This document shows positions 1 to 12,764 of a stretch of DNA of 42,916 nucleotides, in pieces. The position numbers and the translations under genes are program-made. Each line of letters opens with the position of its first letter. Within the stretch, counting starts at the first letter, position 1. Source of the DNA: Octopus bimaculoides (Eukaryota); the NCBI RefSeq assembly GCF_001194135.2, contig NC_068996.1, forward strand, positions 40,440,321 to 40,483,236, read 5' to 3'. A model generated the notes under the pieces. That model did no database searches and was not told the DNA's origin. It saw nothing but the letters and a program-made list of their open reading frames with translations.

Positions 1-639
1 CATCACCATCATCACCACCATCTTGTGATAGAAACCACAAGCCTACGCGTTCACAAGTCATTATAAAATTATAAATTCATTTATCTGATGTTACAATAAC
101 GAATATTGATTATAAAACATAGAAACGAGTTGTTAGCAAATGATCAGTTGCTCAAGTGACATAGATTTTTACAAATAAGAGCAGCCATTAAATGTTACAA
201 AACCCAGTCGTGTTTGAAATAAACACTTATCAAAAGCAGAACAAGATATTCCTATTTAACTGTTATTATGTTTCTGTTCAGTTTTTGTTCTATACTTACA
301 TTATATATAGTCCGTAACCGCATTTTCTTGCGTGTATAATCTTTGTCTTTTAATATAGGAGTAAAATTCTCGGTAAACTTTCATATCAAACCACTACACC
401 ATACCACACAACACATCACATCGCAACACATCATCACGCACACACCAGCACTGACCACTTCACAGCCCCACATTTTCACACCTACACATACACACACGTC
501 AAGATCACCAGCCCTCTTCCACACGCACATACGAACTCTCTTATACACACACACGCACGCGCACCTTCGTGAATGTGGAAAACTTGACATCATTCGGCAA
601 TTTCCGTGTATCGCGGTAAATCTTCGTTAGTTTTCTTAC

Positions 640-1560
640 CTCTCATTGGTAAACCATTTTCTGAGTTCTAACAATGCATCGATGCGCACAAACACTTCGA
701 AGGTATGTGAAGCAGAGTAAATATTGAACGAAGAATGGGAGATCAAGACATTGTGTTTCCAATTTATCTACAAAAATTTTACTGGTCGTATTTTTACTGC
801 TTGTTTCTTTGACAGAATTGTAGTCTTGAATCAAGAGAAGATCGAGACAGAGCGCTTGGCGTCTAGAATGCTCTCTAGCGTTCTTAGCTGGCTACCATTT
901 GGGAAATGCGATAAACAGATTAGTGGCGGGAAAACCCGAGGTATCGATGGAAATCAGCTAACTGGTCTGTTCTAGAGGATTTTTGGGCCGGGCTAATGGA
1001 TCATTTCCAGAAATTCATGGCTGTGCTACTGTGGGAGTATTGCTGGTTCGGGATAAACTCTACCAAAACGGAAGAGCTGTCAGCCGGATGTATCCAAGAT
1101 GCGTGCAGATTAACGAGCCTGTTCTATACTCACTCGATTCGACCTGTGCCCGAGCACAGTTGACTTGTGGCGTTATGCCGAATGCTTGCTGTTGCTTGTA
1201 GACCGGATCAAACTCCCAATTGATTCCACTGTGAAGATCGTCCCACTGTCTTCCTTTGGCCGGGAATAACAGGTTGTCTTTATCCGTTTAGTGGCTTTGA
1301 TTGGGTGGTGGACGAAGTTGGAAGGGCTTATGATAGACACCTTCCTCTTTGGTTAAATTCTCATCAGCTTTTTCAAGTTTCATTTGAAAACCAAAGTGAG
1401 AATGGAGAAGGAAGTGTTTGCCTTCTAGCAAATTTGCTGAAAGGCAGGTGAATGTTGTTTGGATGATCCAAGCAAAGGGGCCGACTCTGAGAATGCACCT
1501 GTAGATTAAAGCAGAATGATAGGGAAAGGGCATTTCTTAGGTTTTGTAGGGTTTTCATAA
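640..1560 (+). mobile_element. Degenerate Tx1/L1-like non-LTR retrotransposon, ORF2 C-terminal region plus start of 3'UTR
   Basis: Frameshifted + strand translation gives ...RIFGPG..MDHFQK...VRDKLYQNGRAVSRMYPRCVQINEPVLY..CPSTVDLWRYAECLL...WWTKLEGLMIDTFLFG*ILISFFKFHLKTKVRMEKEV. This fits the L1/Tx1 ORF2 C-terminal CxxC..H..C zinc-finger region. Multiple stops and frameshifts. A homologous copy lies at about 4100-4735. Confidence 0.7.
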
Positions 1561-1799
1561 GCAATGGAAACAACAAAATTTTTGTCAAGATCATAAACGT
1601 TTTCGATTTCATCTCATTAGACAAAAGCACAACCTTGAGAAGAAGCGGGAAAATGCTTAAACATACTAGAACGGAGAAACGTTACACACAATACACCACA
1701 TTTTCTAGAACAAACAGAAAGGAAAACAGTTCTGTACAATTTCTTATTAACGAAAAGAAACAAATTAGAGCATATACCTTCAGACCAAGCTGAACTTTG

Positions 1800-2250
1800 T
1801 TTATGCAGTTTATGGCAAAACATTAATTTTGTGTCTTGCCCATAAGTTGGAATATATTCGGGTTATTTTCTACTCAGAAAATCTAGTCTAGATGCATTCC
1901 ACTGTCCTATTAACAACTGATGATTTAACAATGATACCGATTTAGCTGAGACGAAAAATGATTCGATCAAAATTCTCAAACATACTACAAGAACTAGACT
2001 TCTGATGGGTGATGAAAATTGTGGCTTCGAAAGACCGTAGCACACTACTAGAAACAAACAGATTCCGAAAAGAAAATTGGGTTAGAGCGGGGTTGGAGAT
2101 TTTTATTCATGAAAACCTGAAATACTGAACAAAATCCGCGATTCAATAGAGATCCCAGGAGGACAGCAACTGCAGACGACAGTGGAGAGTAGGTCTCGAT
2201 GCTACAACTGTGGAAACACAAATCACCTCAAGGCTCCCAACAACAACAAA
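1800..2250 (+). mobile_element. LINE (Tx1-like) ORF1 fragment with gag-type zinc knuckle
   Basis: 2146-2240 translates IEIPGGQQLQTTVESRSRCYNCGNTNHLKA(P), a CX2CX4H knuckle with the last Cys lost. It is preceded by NWVRAGLEIFIHENLK. Interrupted by stops. Confidence 0.6.
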
Positions 2251-2574
2251 TGACAGCTGAAAGGAGGCCTCGGTTACTCCATATGTCATAACTTCAATAC
2301 CAAACAGCAACTACATCAACTAGCATGCAAGCAACAGTGAATGCAGCATGATGTACAAGGCTGGAAGTATCAAGAACAGTAAGAAAAACAACAAAAGAAC
2401 CCCGGTCTTCAAGAGCTACTACGTAACCGTCGCCGACAGCAAGACAAAAAAAAGACAGTGATTCCCAAGACATTCTCATCCCCGCTTGGAGCTACTCAGA
2501 TATGCCATGTGGTGAAGGTGACAATGAGGAGTCTAAATGGCAGAAAGTTACCAATGCAAAGGAAAGAAAGACAC

Positions 2575-2610
<36 letters not shown>

Positions 2611-3058
2611 NNNNNNNNNNNNNNNNNNNNNNNNNNNNNNNNNNNNNNNNNNNNNNNNNNNNNNNNNNNNNNNNNNNNNNNNNNNNNNNNNNNNNNNNNN
2701 NNNNNNNNNNNNNNNNNNNNNNNNNNNNNNNNNNNNNNNNNNNNNNNNNNNNNNNNNNNNNNNNNNNNNNNNNNNNNNNNNNNNNNNNNNNNNNNNNNNN
2801 NNNNNNNNNNNNNNNNNNNNNNNNNNNNNNNNNNNNNNNNNNNNNNNNNNNNNNNNNNNNNNNNNNNNNNNNNNNNNNNNNNNNNNNNNNNNNNNNNNNN
2901 NNNNNNNNNNNNNNNNNNNNNNNNNNNNNNNNNNNNNNNNNNNNNNNNNNNNNNNNNNNNNNNNNNNNNNNNNNNNNNNNNNNNNNNNNNNNNNNNNNNN
3001 NNNNNNNNNNNNNNNNNNNNNNNNNNNNNNNNNNNNNNNNNNNNNNNNNNNNNNNNNN

Positions 3059-3470
3059 GTTCTTAGCACGAGCCTGTAGATTGAGGTTCTATAGTAGGAA
3101 GAGAATACAGGAGGCGAGCTGGCAGAAACGTTAGCACGCCGGGCGAAATGCTTAGCAGTATTTCGTCTGCCGCTATGTTCTGAGTTCAAATTCCGCCGAG
3201 GTCGACTTTGCCTTTCATCCTTTCGGGGTCGATTAGATAAGTACCAGTTACGCACAGGGGTCGATATAATCGACTTAATCCGTTTGTCTGTCCTTGTTTG
3301 TCCCCTCTATGTTTAGCCCCTTGTGGGCAGTAAAGAAATAAGGAAGAGAATACTTACCATAGTTGTTAGGGCGATCGTGATTTTATGGAAGTTTGCTCGA
3401 GTAATTTCTTGGAAGTTTCCCTACTTTTGGGGAGTTGTTTCTCTCACTATTACCACCTTTATCAAAGACA
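3059..3470 (+). mobile_element. Third Tx1-like 3' end / 3'UTR fragment, interrupted by a SINE
   Basis: Removing the SINE restores agcctgtagattgagg...aggaagagaatac|ttaccatagttgttagg..., which aligns by eye with 4605-4735 (agcctggagatt...aggaagaaagtacttgccgcagttgttag). Confidence 0.55.
3109..3340 (+). mobile_element. tRNA-derived SINE (GGCGGCGAGCTGGCAGA family) with 13-bp target-site duplication
   Basis: A-box-like GAGCTGGCAGAA and B-box-like GAGTTCAAATTCC. TSD AGGAAGAGAATAC at 3096-3108 and 3341-3353. Many homologous copies in the window. Confidence 0.9.
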
Positions 3471-3756
3471 TCATCACCAATACAAGCACAACCTAATTCA
3501 CATGCACAACAATCAGACACACACGACCACAATACGACGAGCAAAACGAAAAAATAAAAAATAAATCGTTAAGTGCACAGCCGTAAACACGAGCAATAAA
3601 GAACTAATGGATCACATACACCAACATACGGATATCAGACGCAATAATTACATTACATTAATTAATAATATTCCAGTACACATAAAATTCATCAAAATAT
3701 CACTGTGCACATACAACTTCAAAAACCCCAAAGATATAGGAGACTTCAAGGAAAAT

Positions 3757-4062
3757 TATTGGTTTCAAATTTTGGCAGAAGGCCAGTAATTTCGGGCCGT
3801 GGAGGGGTAAGTCGATTAGATCGACCCCAGTGCTCATCTGGTACTTATTTTATCGACCCAGAAATATTGGTTTCAAATTTTGGCAGAAGGCTAGTAATTT
3901 CGGGCGGTGGAGAGGTAAGTCGATTAGATCGACCCCAGTGCTCATCTGGTACTTATTTTATCGATCCAGAAAGAAGTAATTTGAACTCAGACTGCCAAGA
4001 CGGACGAAATGACGCAACGCGTTTTGTCCGGCGAGCTAACGATTCTGCTAACTCGCCGCCTT
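3757..4062 (-). mobile_element. SINE of the same family with a 108-bp tandem duplication of its 3' part
   Basis: Head on the minus strand at about 4055. The unit tattggtttcaaattttggcagaaggc...ttatcga(c/t)ccaga starts at 3757 and again at 3865. Confidence 0.8.
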
Positions 4063-4099
4063 ATCCAAGGATCCATGAAATTGTATGAAGATAGACTAA

Positions 4100-4735
4100 T
4101 TTGCTGGTCAATTGATAAATGTAGCACGTATTGTCCACAATTTAAAATCGTTGTGGATTTATGTTGAGCATCTTCTGCAACATGTAGGATGGATCCAGCT
4201 ATCAGTTGACTCTGCGAATGACGGGCAGTGTTTATCTGCCTGATGGACTTAGTAAAAGAAGTTGTGTGGTGGCGCTAGCGTAGTTAGAGTGTGTACCGTC
4301 CGAGGCAACCCTTCCGTTTGTCGCCCTCGGACCCCACAAAAAAAAAGACATTACCTACAACAGACCTAAAAGTACCGCCCGGGGAGGACCGGCCCTACTG
4401 CACCCCCACCCACCAGCTACGCTAGTGTGTGGAGGACCAGACTGGAAGGGCTGAAGATAGATAATTTCCATTTTGGTCTAGACCTCATCAATTGTTTCAA
4501 GATTCACTCGAGAAGGCAAGTGAGAGTGGAGTGGAAGTGCAGACTTCTAGCAAATTTATTGGAAAATGGACGAGGGTGACAAGGGCCTGTTCTGAGCATG
4601 AGCCTGGAGATTAATGTGGGAGGACAGGAAGAAAGTACTTGCCGCAGTTGTTAGAGTGGTCTTGATTTTGTGGAGTTTCCTCGAGTAACTTTCGGAAATC
4701 TCCCTGCTTTTGGAGAGTTATTTCTTACTTGGAAT
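4100..4735 (+). mobile_element. Second Tx1/L1-like ORF2 C-terminus plus 3'UTR, interrupted by a MITE
   Basis: Translates CPQFK..LWIYVEHLLQHVGWIQLSVDS..AVFICLMDLVKEVVW[MITE]RTRLEGLKIDNFHFGLDLINCFKIHSRRQVRVE. Homologous to 1130-1500. Confidence 0.7.
4273..4427. mobile_element. 155-bp MITE with hAT-like signature
   Basis: Terminal inverted repeats CGCTAGCGTAG (4273-4283) and CTACGCTAGTG (4417-4427), 10/11 complementary. 8-bp TSD TGTGGTGG (4265-4272) / TGTGGAGG (4428-4435). Removing it restores the LINE reading frame. The hAT assignment rests on the 8-bp TSD. Confidence 0.8.
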
Positions 4736-5571
4736 NNNNNNNNNNNNNNNNNNNNNNNNNNNNNNNNNNNNNNNNNNNNNNNNNNNNNNNNNNNNNNNNN
4801 NNNNNNNNNNNNNNNNNNNNNNNNNNNNNNNNNNNCTTTTCGGGGTCGATAAATGAAGTACCATTTAAATACTGGGGTCGACGTAATCAACTTATTCTCC
4901 TCACACGAACTTGCTGGCGTTATACCAAAATTCTAAAGCAATATACAATAATAATAATAATTATATGGTGCACCAGCATGACCGCAGCCACTTGGCTGAA
5001 ACACATAAATAAATAAATATATATATCGTATGTATGTACCAATTTCTATCTCCCAAATATCACTTGTAAAGTATTAGTTAACCTAACCCTTTGATAGAAA
5101 ACAAATTGTCCAACCTGCCGCAGTCTGATATCGAAACCGCAGTCGTGAAGCTAGCTTCTTAATCATACAACCAGAACTTGTTTCTATTGGCAAACGAATC
5201 TCTCTTTCGTTTTAAGATGATTAGATATGAGATTGGGCTGGTATTTCTAGCATGTCAAGCGAGTACGTAGAAGCTCCCAATCGATTCGTGACGAAAATAT
5301 TAGCAAACGTAGAAGAAGACCATTTCTTATAATGATAGTTTTGACTTGTATTAGAATTTTGTAAAGACCGTTAATTATTGTCTCACATACACACATACGC
5401 ACTCACGGTGATTTGTTCGCGCACATCCACACCCTTCTGTCCATTTTGCCAATCTTCACAGCACCTCCGCCACACTAGAGCTAACACGCTCTCTTAAAGA
5501 TAGCACCCAGGAAATCTCATAAGCGATCAGTGAAATGAGTCAAACTCGTTTTTTTTTTACCAGCGAATTAC

Positions 5572-5607
<36 letters not shown>

Positions 5608-6738
5608 GAACTACATACGCACATGTACAAATACGCACACGCTTGTATAAAGTAGTGGAGAGGGAGTAAAGGAGGAAAAGAGAGGCCAAGCCAAGAAGTT
5701 GAGCGTTGCCCATTATTTGCTACTATCTTCCTGTGTGTGTGTGTGTGAATGTGAGGGGAGTGGTGATAGTGGTGGGGAAGAAGGTGATGGAAATTTCGTG
5801 NNNNNNNNNNNNNNNNNNNNNNNNNNNNNNNNNNNNNNNNNNNNNNNNNNNNNNNNNNNNNNNNNNNNNNNNNNNNNNNNNNNNNNNNNNNNNNNNNNNN
5901 NNNNNNNNNNNNNNNNNNNNNNNNNNNNNNNNNNNNNNNNNNNNNNNNNNNNNNNNNNNNNNNNNNNNNNNNNNNNNNNNNNNNNNNNNNNNNNNNNNNN
6001 NNNNNNNNNNNNNNNNNNNNNNNNNNNNNNNNNNNNNNNNNNNNNNNNNNNNNNNNNNNNNNNNNNNNNNNNNNNNNNNNNNNNNNNNNNNNNNNNNNNN
6101 NNNNNNNNNNNNNNNNNNNNNNNNNNNNNNNNNNNNNNNNNNNNNNNNNNNNNNNNNNNNNNNNNNNNNNNNNNNNNNNNNNNNNNNNNNNNNNNNNNNN
6201 NNNNNNNNNNNNNNNNNNNNNNNNNNNNNNNNNNNNNNNNNNNNNNNNNNNNNNNNNNNNNNNNNNNNNNNNNNNNNNNNNNNNNNNNNNNNNNNNNNNN
6301 NNNNNNNNNNNNNNNNNNNNNNNNNNNNNNNNNNNNNNNNNNNNNNNNNNNNNNNNNNNNNNNNNNNNNNNNNNNNNNNNNNNNNNNNNNNNNNNNNNNN
6401 NNNNNNNNNNNNNNNNNNNNNNNNNNNNNNNNNNNNNNNNNNNNNNNNNNNNNNNNNNNNNNNNNNNNNNNNNNNNNNNNNNNNNNNNNNNNNNNNNNNN
6501 NNNNNNNNNNNNNNNNNNNNNNNNNNNNNNNNNNNNNNNNNNNNNNNNNNNNNNNNNNNNNNNNNNNNNNNNNNNNNNNNNNNNNNNNNNNNNNNNNNNN
6601 NNNNNNNNNNNNNNNNNNNNNNNNNNNNNNNNNNNNNNNNNNNNNNNNNNNNNNNNNNNNNNNNNNNNNNNNNNNNNNNNNNNNNNNNNNNNNNNNNNNN
6701 NNNNNNNNNNNNNNNNNNNNNNNNNNNNNNNNNNNNNN

Positions 6739-6780
<42 letters not shown>

Positions 6781-7557
6781 GCACACACAGACACACACAC
6801 ACACACAACACAACTCTCATTCACACACAGGCGCGCACGCTTATATCGTGGAGTCACATGTCAACCTTTTTCGCTGGTTGATCTTCCTTGCTTATTCACT
6901 GGAAGGAGAAAGTAATGGCTCCACTGAAAAATACGAAAGAGACAACAATAAACTACCAGGAAAAGAGTAGAATAGATAGCTAAATAAATGAGTGAGTGAG
7001 TGAGAGACACACACACATACACACACACACAGTGGGAGAGTGAAGGAGAGAAAGAAATAGCTACCAATAAATAGTCAGCAGCTTGTGACAAGCAATCACG
7101 CGACCAGACAGTGAAATAGACGGGGAAGGTTTAATAAAAAAAGCATGGCAGAGGGCGAGGTAACACGAGTAAAAGAGATAAGGTAGAAATAAGGAAGTGG
7201 GGAAATAATATAGTAAAATTTCAGATATACATAGGAGCCGATTGATAAAGAGAGAGAGCGAAAGTGACTTGTGTATTACAATATTAAAGCGTGTGTGTGT
7301 AGGGGGGGGATGATATGGGTTAATAACGATATGTATGAATATTTGTCGAAAAAGCTACATCGATTCATTTTTAAAGGTGTAGTAGGGCAAATCTCTAGAC
7401 CCTTCAGTCAATACTTTGGTTCCTCATCCGTAAACTACATAAAACCTGAATATAATGTCTATGTCATTAAATTGTCTAATAAAAAGAATAATGCTTCAAA
7501 TATGCATGGCTAATGTAGTTTAGATATGGAATACGTAATTGTGTAATAATATATATA

Positions 7558-7654
7558 AACCAAGAGAGAAGATGGAGATAAGATTAATAAAAAATTATTA
7601 ATACATTGACAGTATTAATAAATTTTTATTAATATTATCTCCATTTTCTCGGTT
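7558..7654. repeat. AT-rich imperfect palindrome (arms ~43-47 bp, 7-nt loop)
   Basis: Left arm aaccaagagagaagatggagataagattaataaaaaattattaatac; loop attgaca (7605-7611); right arm gtattaataaatttttattaatattatctccattttctcggtt. Confidence 0.8.
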
Positions 7655-7869
7655 TTTTTATAATAATACATATGTGCGTGCCTATATTATAAGATATTCA
7701 ACCAGTTTAATCTTGGATATTTCTATCTCTGAGGTTTATATATACCCGTACTTTAATCTATATATATATATATACACATACATACAAATATACCTACATA
7801 CATATACACACAAACACACACATATACATAGATGTGTGTGTGTGTACTTTATTTTTAAAGCTACAAAAA

Positions 7870-8045
7870 GGGCGGCGAGCTCACGGAGTTGTTTGTACGC
7901 TGGACGAAATGCTTAGCGGTATTTCGCCCGTCGCTGTGTTCTGAGTCCAAATGCCGCCGAGGTCCACTTTACCTTTCATCCTTTAAAGGTCGATAAAATA
8001 AGTAGCAGTTGAACATTGGGGGTCGATGTAATCAATTCATCTCCA
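7870..8045 (+). mobile_element. tRNA-derived SINE copy
   Basis: ggcggcgagctcacggag...gttctgagtccaaatgccgccgaggtccactttacctttcatcc, homologous to 3109-3340. Confidence 0.8.
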
Positions 8046-8105
8046 CCTCCCCCAAGCTGCCCCCTGATTATTAAAGCTGCAAAAACATCACAAAAATATC
8101 ACAAA

Positions 8106-8154
8106 AAAACTGCTACTCAGAGTTTCACGTTCCCGTTCGTAGTCGGACAGTTTT
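8106..8154 (-). ncRNA. Variant minimal type I hammerhead-like motif (family 1, degenerate)
   Basis: Minus strand reads AAAACTGT-CCGA[CTA]CGA-ACG GGAA CGT-GAAA-CTCTGAG-TA-GCAGTTTT. Stem I has 8 bp (one G-U), stem II has 3 bp plus a tetraloop, followed by GAAA, a near-palindromic stem III and a GUA triplet. The core has U4C plus a 3-nt insertion. Confidence 0.55.
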
Positions 8155-8372
8155 GATTGAGAATGGAACAAAATTAAGGTTATATGTATACATATACAAT
8201 TTACATTGACAAATACATATTTGAAATTGATTTCGTTTCAATGGTCCATTCAACTAACTGTTTTTTGTTTTTTTTTTCTAAAAAAAACCTTGACTTACAT
8301 GAAAGGTTTAAAAATCATATGTAAAATCGAAGAAAACCTTAAATCAGAAAAAATCACAAAATCAAAACCTAA

Positions 8373-8430
<58 letters not shown>

Positions 8431-9240
8431 TAGGGATAGTGTTGTTATTGTCCTTTTAAAAAGATACATGGATTTCTTTTGTCGTCGCATGTATGAGAAA
8501 GATTTGGTGGGAAATCACTACTGTATTGGCTCAAAAACCAATATTATCATTTTTAGATATATATTTTATACAATTATGTACTTTCCATATCTCAGACAAC
8601 ATTATTCACTAAACATATATTTGAAACGTTTTCATTCGTTTCTCGAGAAAATTTAGTGACGTTCCTTGTTAATGTATTGTTAAACGGGTGTTTGTATTGA
8701 CTGCTGCGATACATGAGGGGTCGTCGTGCATATTATAATATAGTGTGTGTATGTGTGTGTGTATGCCAGAGATATGGTGGAAGGGAGACAGGGGAGACAA
8801 AGAGAAGGAAAGGAATGGGTGTACATTGTATCGGACAAAGCTCACCAATCAACCACTGCATTAAAGAACTCGCTTGTGCTGAAATCTCTTATCAGCTATA
8901 TTATCGATTTTTAAGTGTGAATTGGCGCAATGCCACAAAATTTATCGAGACTACCCTTTCTATTGTAAGCTACTCCTCTTAAAGACAAAAGCCCACTAGT
9001 TTCGTACTGGAAAAAAGGGATTACTTTCAATCAATACCAAAATGTATTACGCGTATTCTACCGTAGTTTTAATTTTTTTTCTATTTTTTCTTATTAGACA
9101 CAAAGACCCTTATATTTTAATGAGAGTGAATAGCTGAGAGTCGGAGATAGGACTCTCAAGCCTTTTTTCAAGACAATATGAATCCATATGTGAAACTTGG
9201 CTTCATATCAATCATTGATAATGCAATATGTAGCATATGT

Positions 9241-9655
9241 GGCGGCGAGCTGGCAGAATCGTTAGCACGTCGGGCGAAATTCTTAGCGGTCTGCCGCTAC
9301 GTTCTGAGTTCAAATTCCGCCGAGGTCGACTTTGCCTTTTATCCTTTCGAGATCGATTAAAATGTACCAGTTACGCATTGGGGTCGATACTATCGACTTA
9401 ATTCGTTTGTCTGTCCTTGTTTGGCCCCTCTGTGTTTAGCCCCTTGTGGGCAGTAAAGAAATAAGAAACGTTAGCACGCCGAGCGAAATGCTTAGCGGTA
9501 TTTCGTCTGTCGCTACGTTCTGAGTTCAAATTCCGCCGAGGTCAACTTTGCTTGTCATCCTTTCAGGGCCGATAAATTAAATACCAGATACGCACTTGAG
9601 TCGATGTAATCGACTGGCCTCTTCCCCCAAAATTTTGGGCCTAGAGTAGAAAAGA
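9241..9655 (+). mobile_element. Two head-to-tail SINE copies
   Basis: Full copy at about 9241-9465 ending cagtaaagaaataaga, followed directly by a 5'-clipped copy (aacgttagcacgccgagcg...) running to about 9655. Confidence 0.85.
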
Positions 9656-9864
9656 ATATGCAGTCTATGTTGAAGTTTATAAGGTAGTGGGGGAAATGGC
9701 CAAACTAGTGGAACGGCTGAATTATGTCTGTGCTAAACTACTTTACTTTCACCCAATGTTTTATTGTCCTGAATTCAAATTCTGTCGGAATCTACATTGC
9801 TTATCATTCATGTAATCCTGTAACAGCGGGGTAATGTAAAATTAGTGTGTGTGTGTTGTCATTT

Positions 9865-10070
9865 CTACTATAGGCACAAGGTCCGAAATTTTAGGGGCGG
9901 AATCTAGTCGATTACATCGACCCTAGTGCTTGGCCGGTACTTAATTTCTGGACCCCGAGAGGACAAAAGGCAAAGTCGACCTCGGTGGAATTTGAACTCA
10001 GAACCTAAAGGCAGACTAAACGCCACTATAGATTTTGTCCGGCGTGCTAACGACCCTGCCAGCTCGACGC
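9865..10070 (-). mobile_element. tRNA-derived SINE copy
   Basis: Reverse complement of the family consensus (ggcaaagtcgacctcggtggaatttgaactcagaac...gctaacgaccctgccagctcg). Confidence 0.85.
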
Positions 10071-11569
10071 TTTAGCGCGCACACGCACACGCACATACAC
10101 ACATGTGTATATGTAAACATTTATAAATAGAAACACGTATGCGCATATCGATTTTCTGTTTGACTCATTTCAACTCTCTCTCTCTATATATATATATATA
10201 CACATGTGTATATGTATGTATATATATGAAAGAGTGGGGGAGCGCAGAATTTCTTAAGTCCAACATGGAAAGCAATTTTTGTCCAAAAAAGCTGTTTAAC
10301 AAAAAGAAAAACTCCGCCTTTATCTCAGAAAGTAGAAAAAAAAAATGAAAGAAAAATGATGAAATAAAAACAAATTATAACATTCTATTGAAGATTTTAT
10401 TTTAAAACCATTTTTTAAATTCAATAATGTAAACAGCTTGTATGGTGATGGTAGTAGTGGTGGGGGTAAATTTTTTTATTAACGTTTGTTTATTTTCCTC
10501 ATTTCTCATTTTTTTCTTCTCTCAACTCATTTAGTTTCTCCTATGAATAAATAAATTATCATTTTTCTTTTCACAATTATCATTCTGTCCTAATAATTTT
10601 CGTTTATATCGATATAACTTTATCATACATAGTTTTATTATTCTTCCATTTTCTTACTTCATTTGCATTTTTTACATTTTCCCCTCTATTTTGTGAATGT
10701 TGTGTGTGTTTGCCTTTGTTTTCATTCCCACATTTTTTTTTCTTTTCTGTCGTTATTTCTTCCTTGCTCCTTCGGCCTGCCTCTCTCTCTCTCTCTCTCT
10801 CTCTCTTCCTTTCGCTTCATCTCATTCTCTTTATTTCTCTCTCTTCCTTTCGCTTCACCTCATTCTCTTTATCTCTCTCTCTCCTTTTCTCCCTCTCTCC
10901 CAATCTCTCTTTCTCTATCTTTCTTTCGCCCTCCTTTCCCTTTCTTTCTCTCCCTCTCTTTCACGCACAAACATGCGTTCACACACAGATACACACACAC
11001 ACGCACGCACGTACACACGCACTCGCAAATATTTCCAAATCCCCTTTCATATTTTCATCTACACTCCTTTTTTTACCTCTTACCGTTATTTTAAAAATAT
11101 TTCTCATTCCTCCCCCCCCTTTTTGTATTTGTATTTGCTATTCTCTCTTTTCTACCCGCACCCGTTTTCGATTTGGTAAAATAATTTCTTACAAAAGCAT
11201 AAAACCTAGATACACTTATTATCATTGTTGTCGAAGTAGAACCAACCCGTTTCTGTCCTCTCTTCCTGTTTTTACAGGCCAGTGGTGATGTTTCAAGTCT
11301 TTCTTTTATGATATTTAAATCCCGTTTCGTGCAAACAAATAGACACGTTTCGCTGCGTACAATAATCGCTGTACGGCGCTGAATGGCCTACCTCCATTTA
11401 ATACTGGGCTGTGTGAGAATCGATCTGTCTATCAATCAGTTTTAATTCAAGTGCATTAATTAACCATTATGGGTAAATAGATAAGTTGGCACGTGTGTGT
11501 CTCTGGATATGTTCCCCTACTCCATGTTCTAAGCTTTCACACTACTCTGTTTAATAATAATAATGATAA

Positions 11570-11980
11570 TAATCCTTTCTACTATAGGCACAAGGCCTGA
11601 AATTTTGGTGGGAGGGGACTAGTCGATTACATCGACATCAGTGTTTCATTGGTATTTATTTTACCGACCCCCGGAAAGGATGAAAGGCAAAGTCGACCTC
11701 AGCGGAATTTGAACTCAGAACGTAAAGACGGCGTGGTAATGATTCTGCCAGCTAACCACCTTAATAATAATAATAATAATAGTTTCAGATTTTGCCACAA
11801 GGGCAGCAATTATGGAGGAAGAGATGAATCAATTACATCGAACCTAGTGTTCAACTGATACTTATTTTATCGACCCAGACAGGATGAAAGGCAAAGTCGA
11901 CCTCGGTGGAGTTTGAACTCAGAACGTAGAGACGGACGAAATGCCGTTAAGCATTTTACGTGGTGTCCTGCCAACTGGTC
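11570..11980 (-). mobile_element. Two SINE copies separated by (TAA)n
   Basis: ggatgaaaggcaaagtcgacctc(a/g)gcggaatttgaactcagaacgta occurs twice (about 11680 and 11882), with (AAT)n tails. Confidence 0.8.
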
Positions 11981-12764
11981 GCTTCCTTAAAAGGTGCATG
12001 TATAATAGGCTACCGTGTAAAAAGATGCATCTCGATTTCTTGGCCTAAATTGTCTTAAAATAAAGCAACGATAAAAATTCTCGTAGATTATTTAAAAAAA
12101 ACATAAATAACAAAGTTACGAGAGTAGTTGATCATTTACAATCCAATACATTGGTTTTTAATATTTCATTTTTAATTTCATATAAAATAAAGCTAATTTA
12201 TTAACAATAAAGCTTTACCACAGTAAATTGTGTGGTTTTGGCGAAGAAAATATGCGTATTATATACAGTGTGTTCTCCTTCGCTGAGGAGGTGCAATAAA
12301 GCCGAAACCTGCCCATAATTGTTTTAATGCAGTTACTATCAGACCCTCAGACTCAGATCTTTGCTTACATTATACACACGTATGTTAGTATGTATGTGTG
12401 CGTGTGTAATGTCTGTATGCGTATTTGTGTGTTTAATTAAGATTTCAGGTATTGTCTCATGTCTAGTCAATCTTGAACAGAATTGATAATTAAACTTAAT
12501 GAGTCTCCCATCACCATCACCGCCACCTCTACTCACCTCCCATATTTGTAATTTTCCTCAATTAAAATTCCTTAGTTCTTTACACTAAGACTTTATCATT
12601 TAGTTTTTTTAATTTATTTCATCATCTGCAGAATTGGGAAGAGTCAAACGTAACGTACGATGGAGTAGAGGAGGGGGGGTCATGTGTATACATATCTTCA
12701 CCATCATCCTCCCACCACAACACACCGTGCATATGGCAAAGAGGCAGCGACGGGGGATTATTTG

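Noticed and set aside
11250-11420. Strong splice acceptor (ctgtcctctcttcctgtttttacAG at 11276-11277) followed by unique sequence, possibly a thymosin 5'UTR exon
   Set aside because: No convincing donor or coding signal. It cannot be supported without transcripts.
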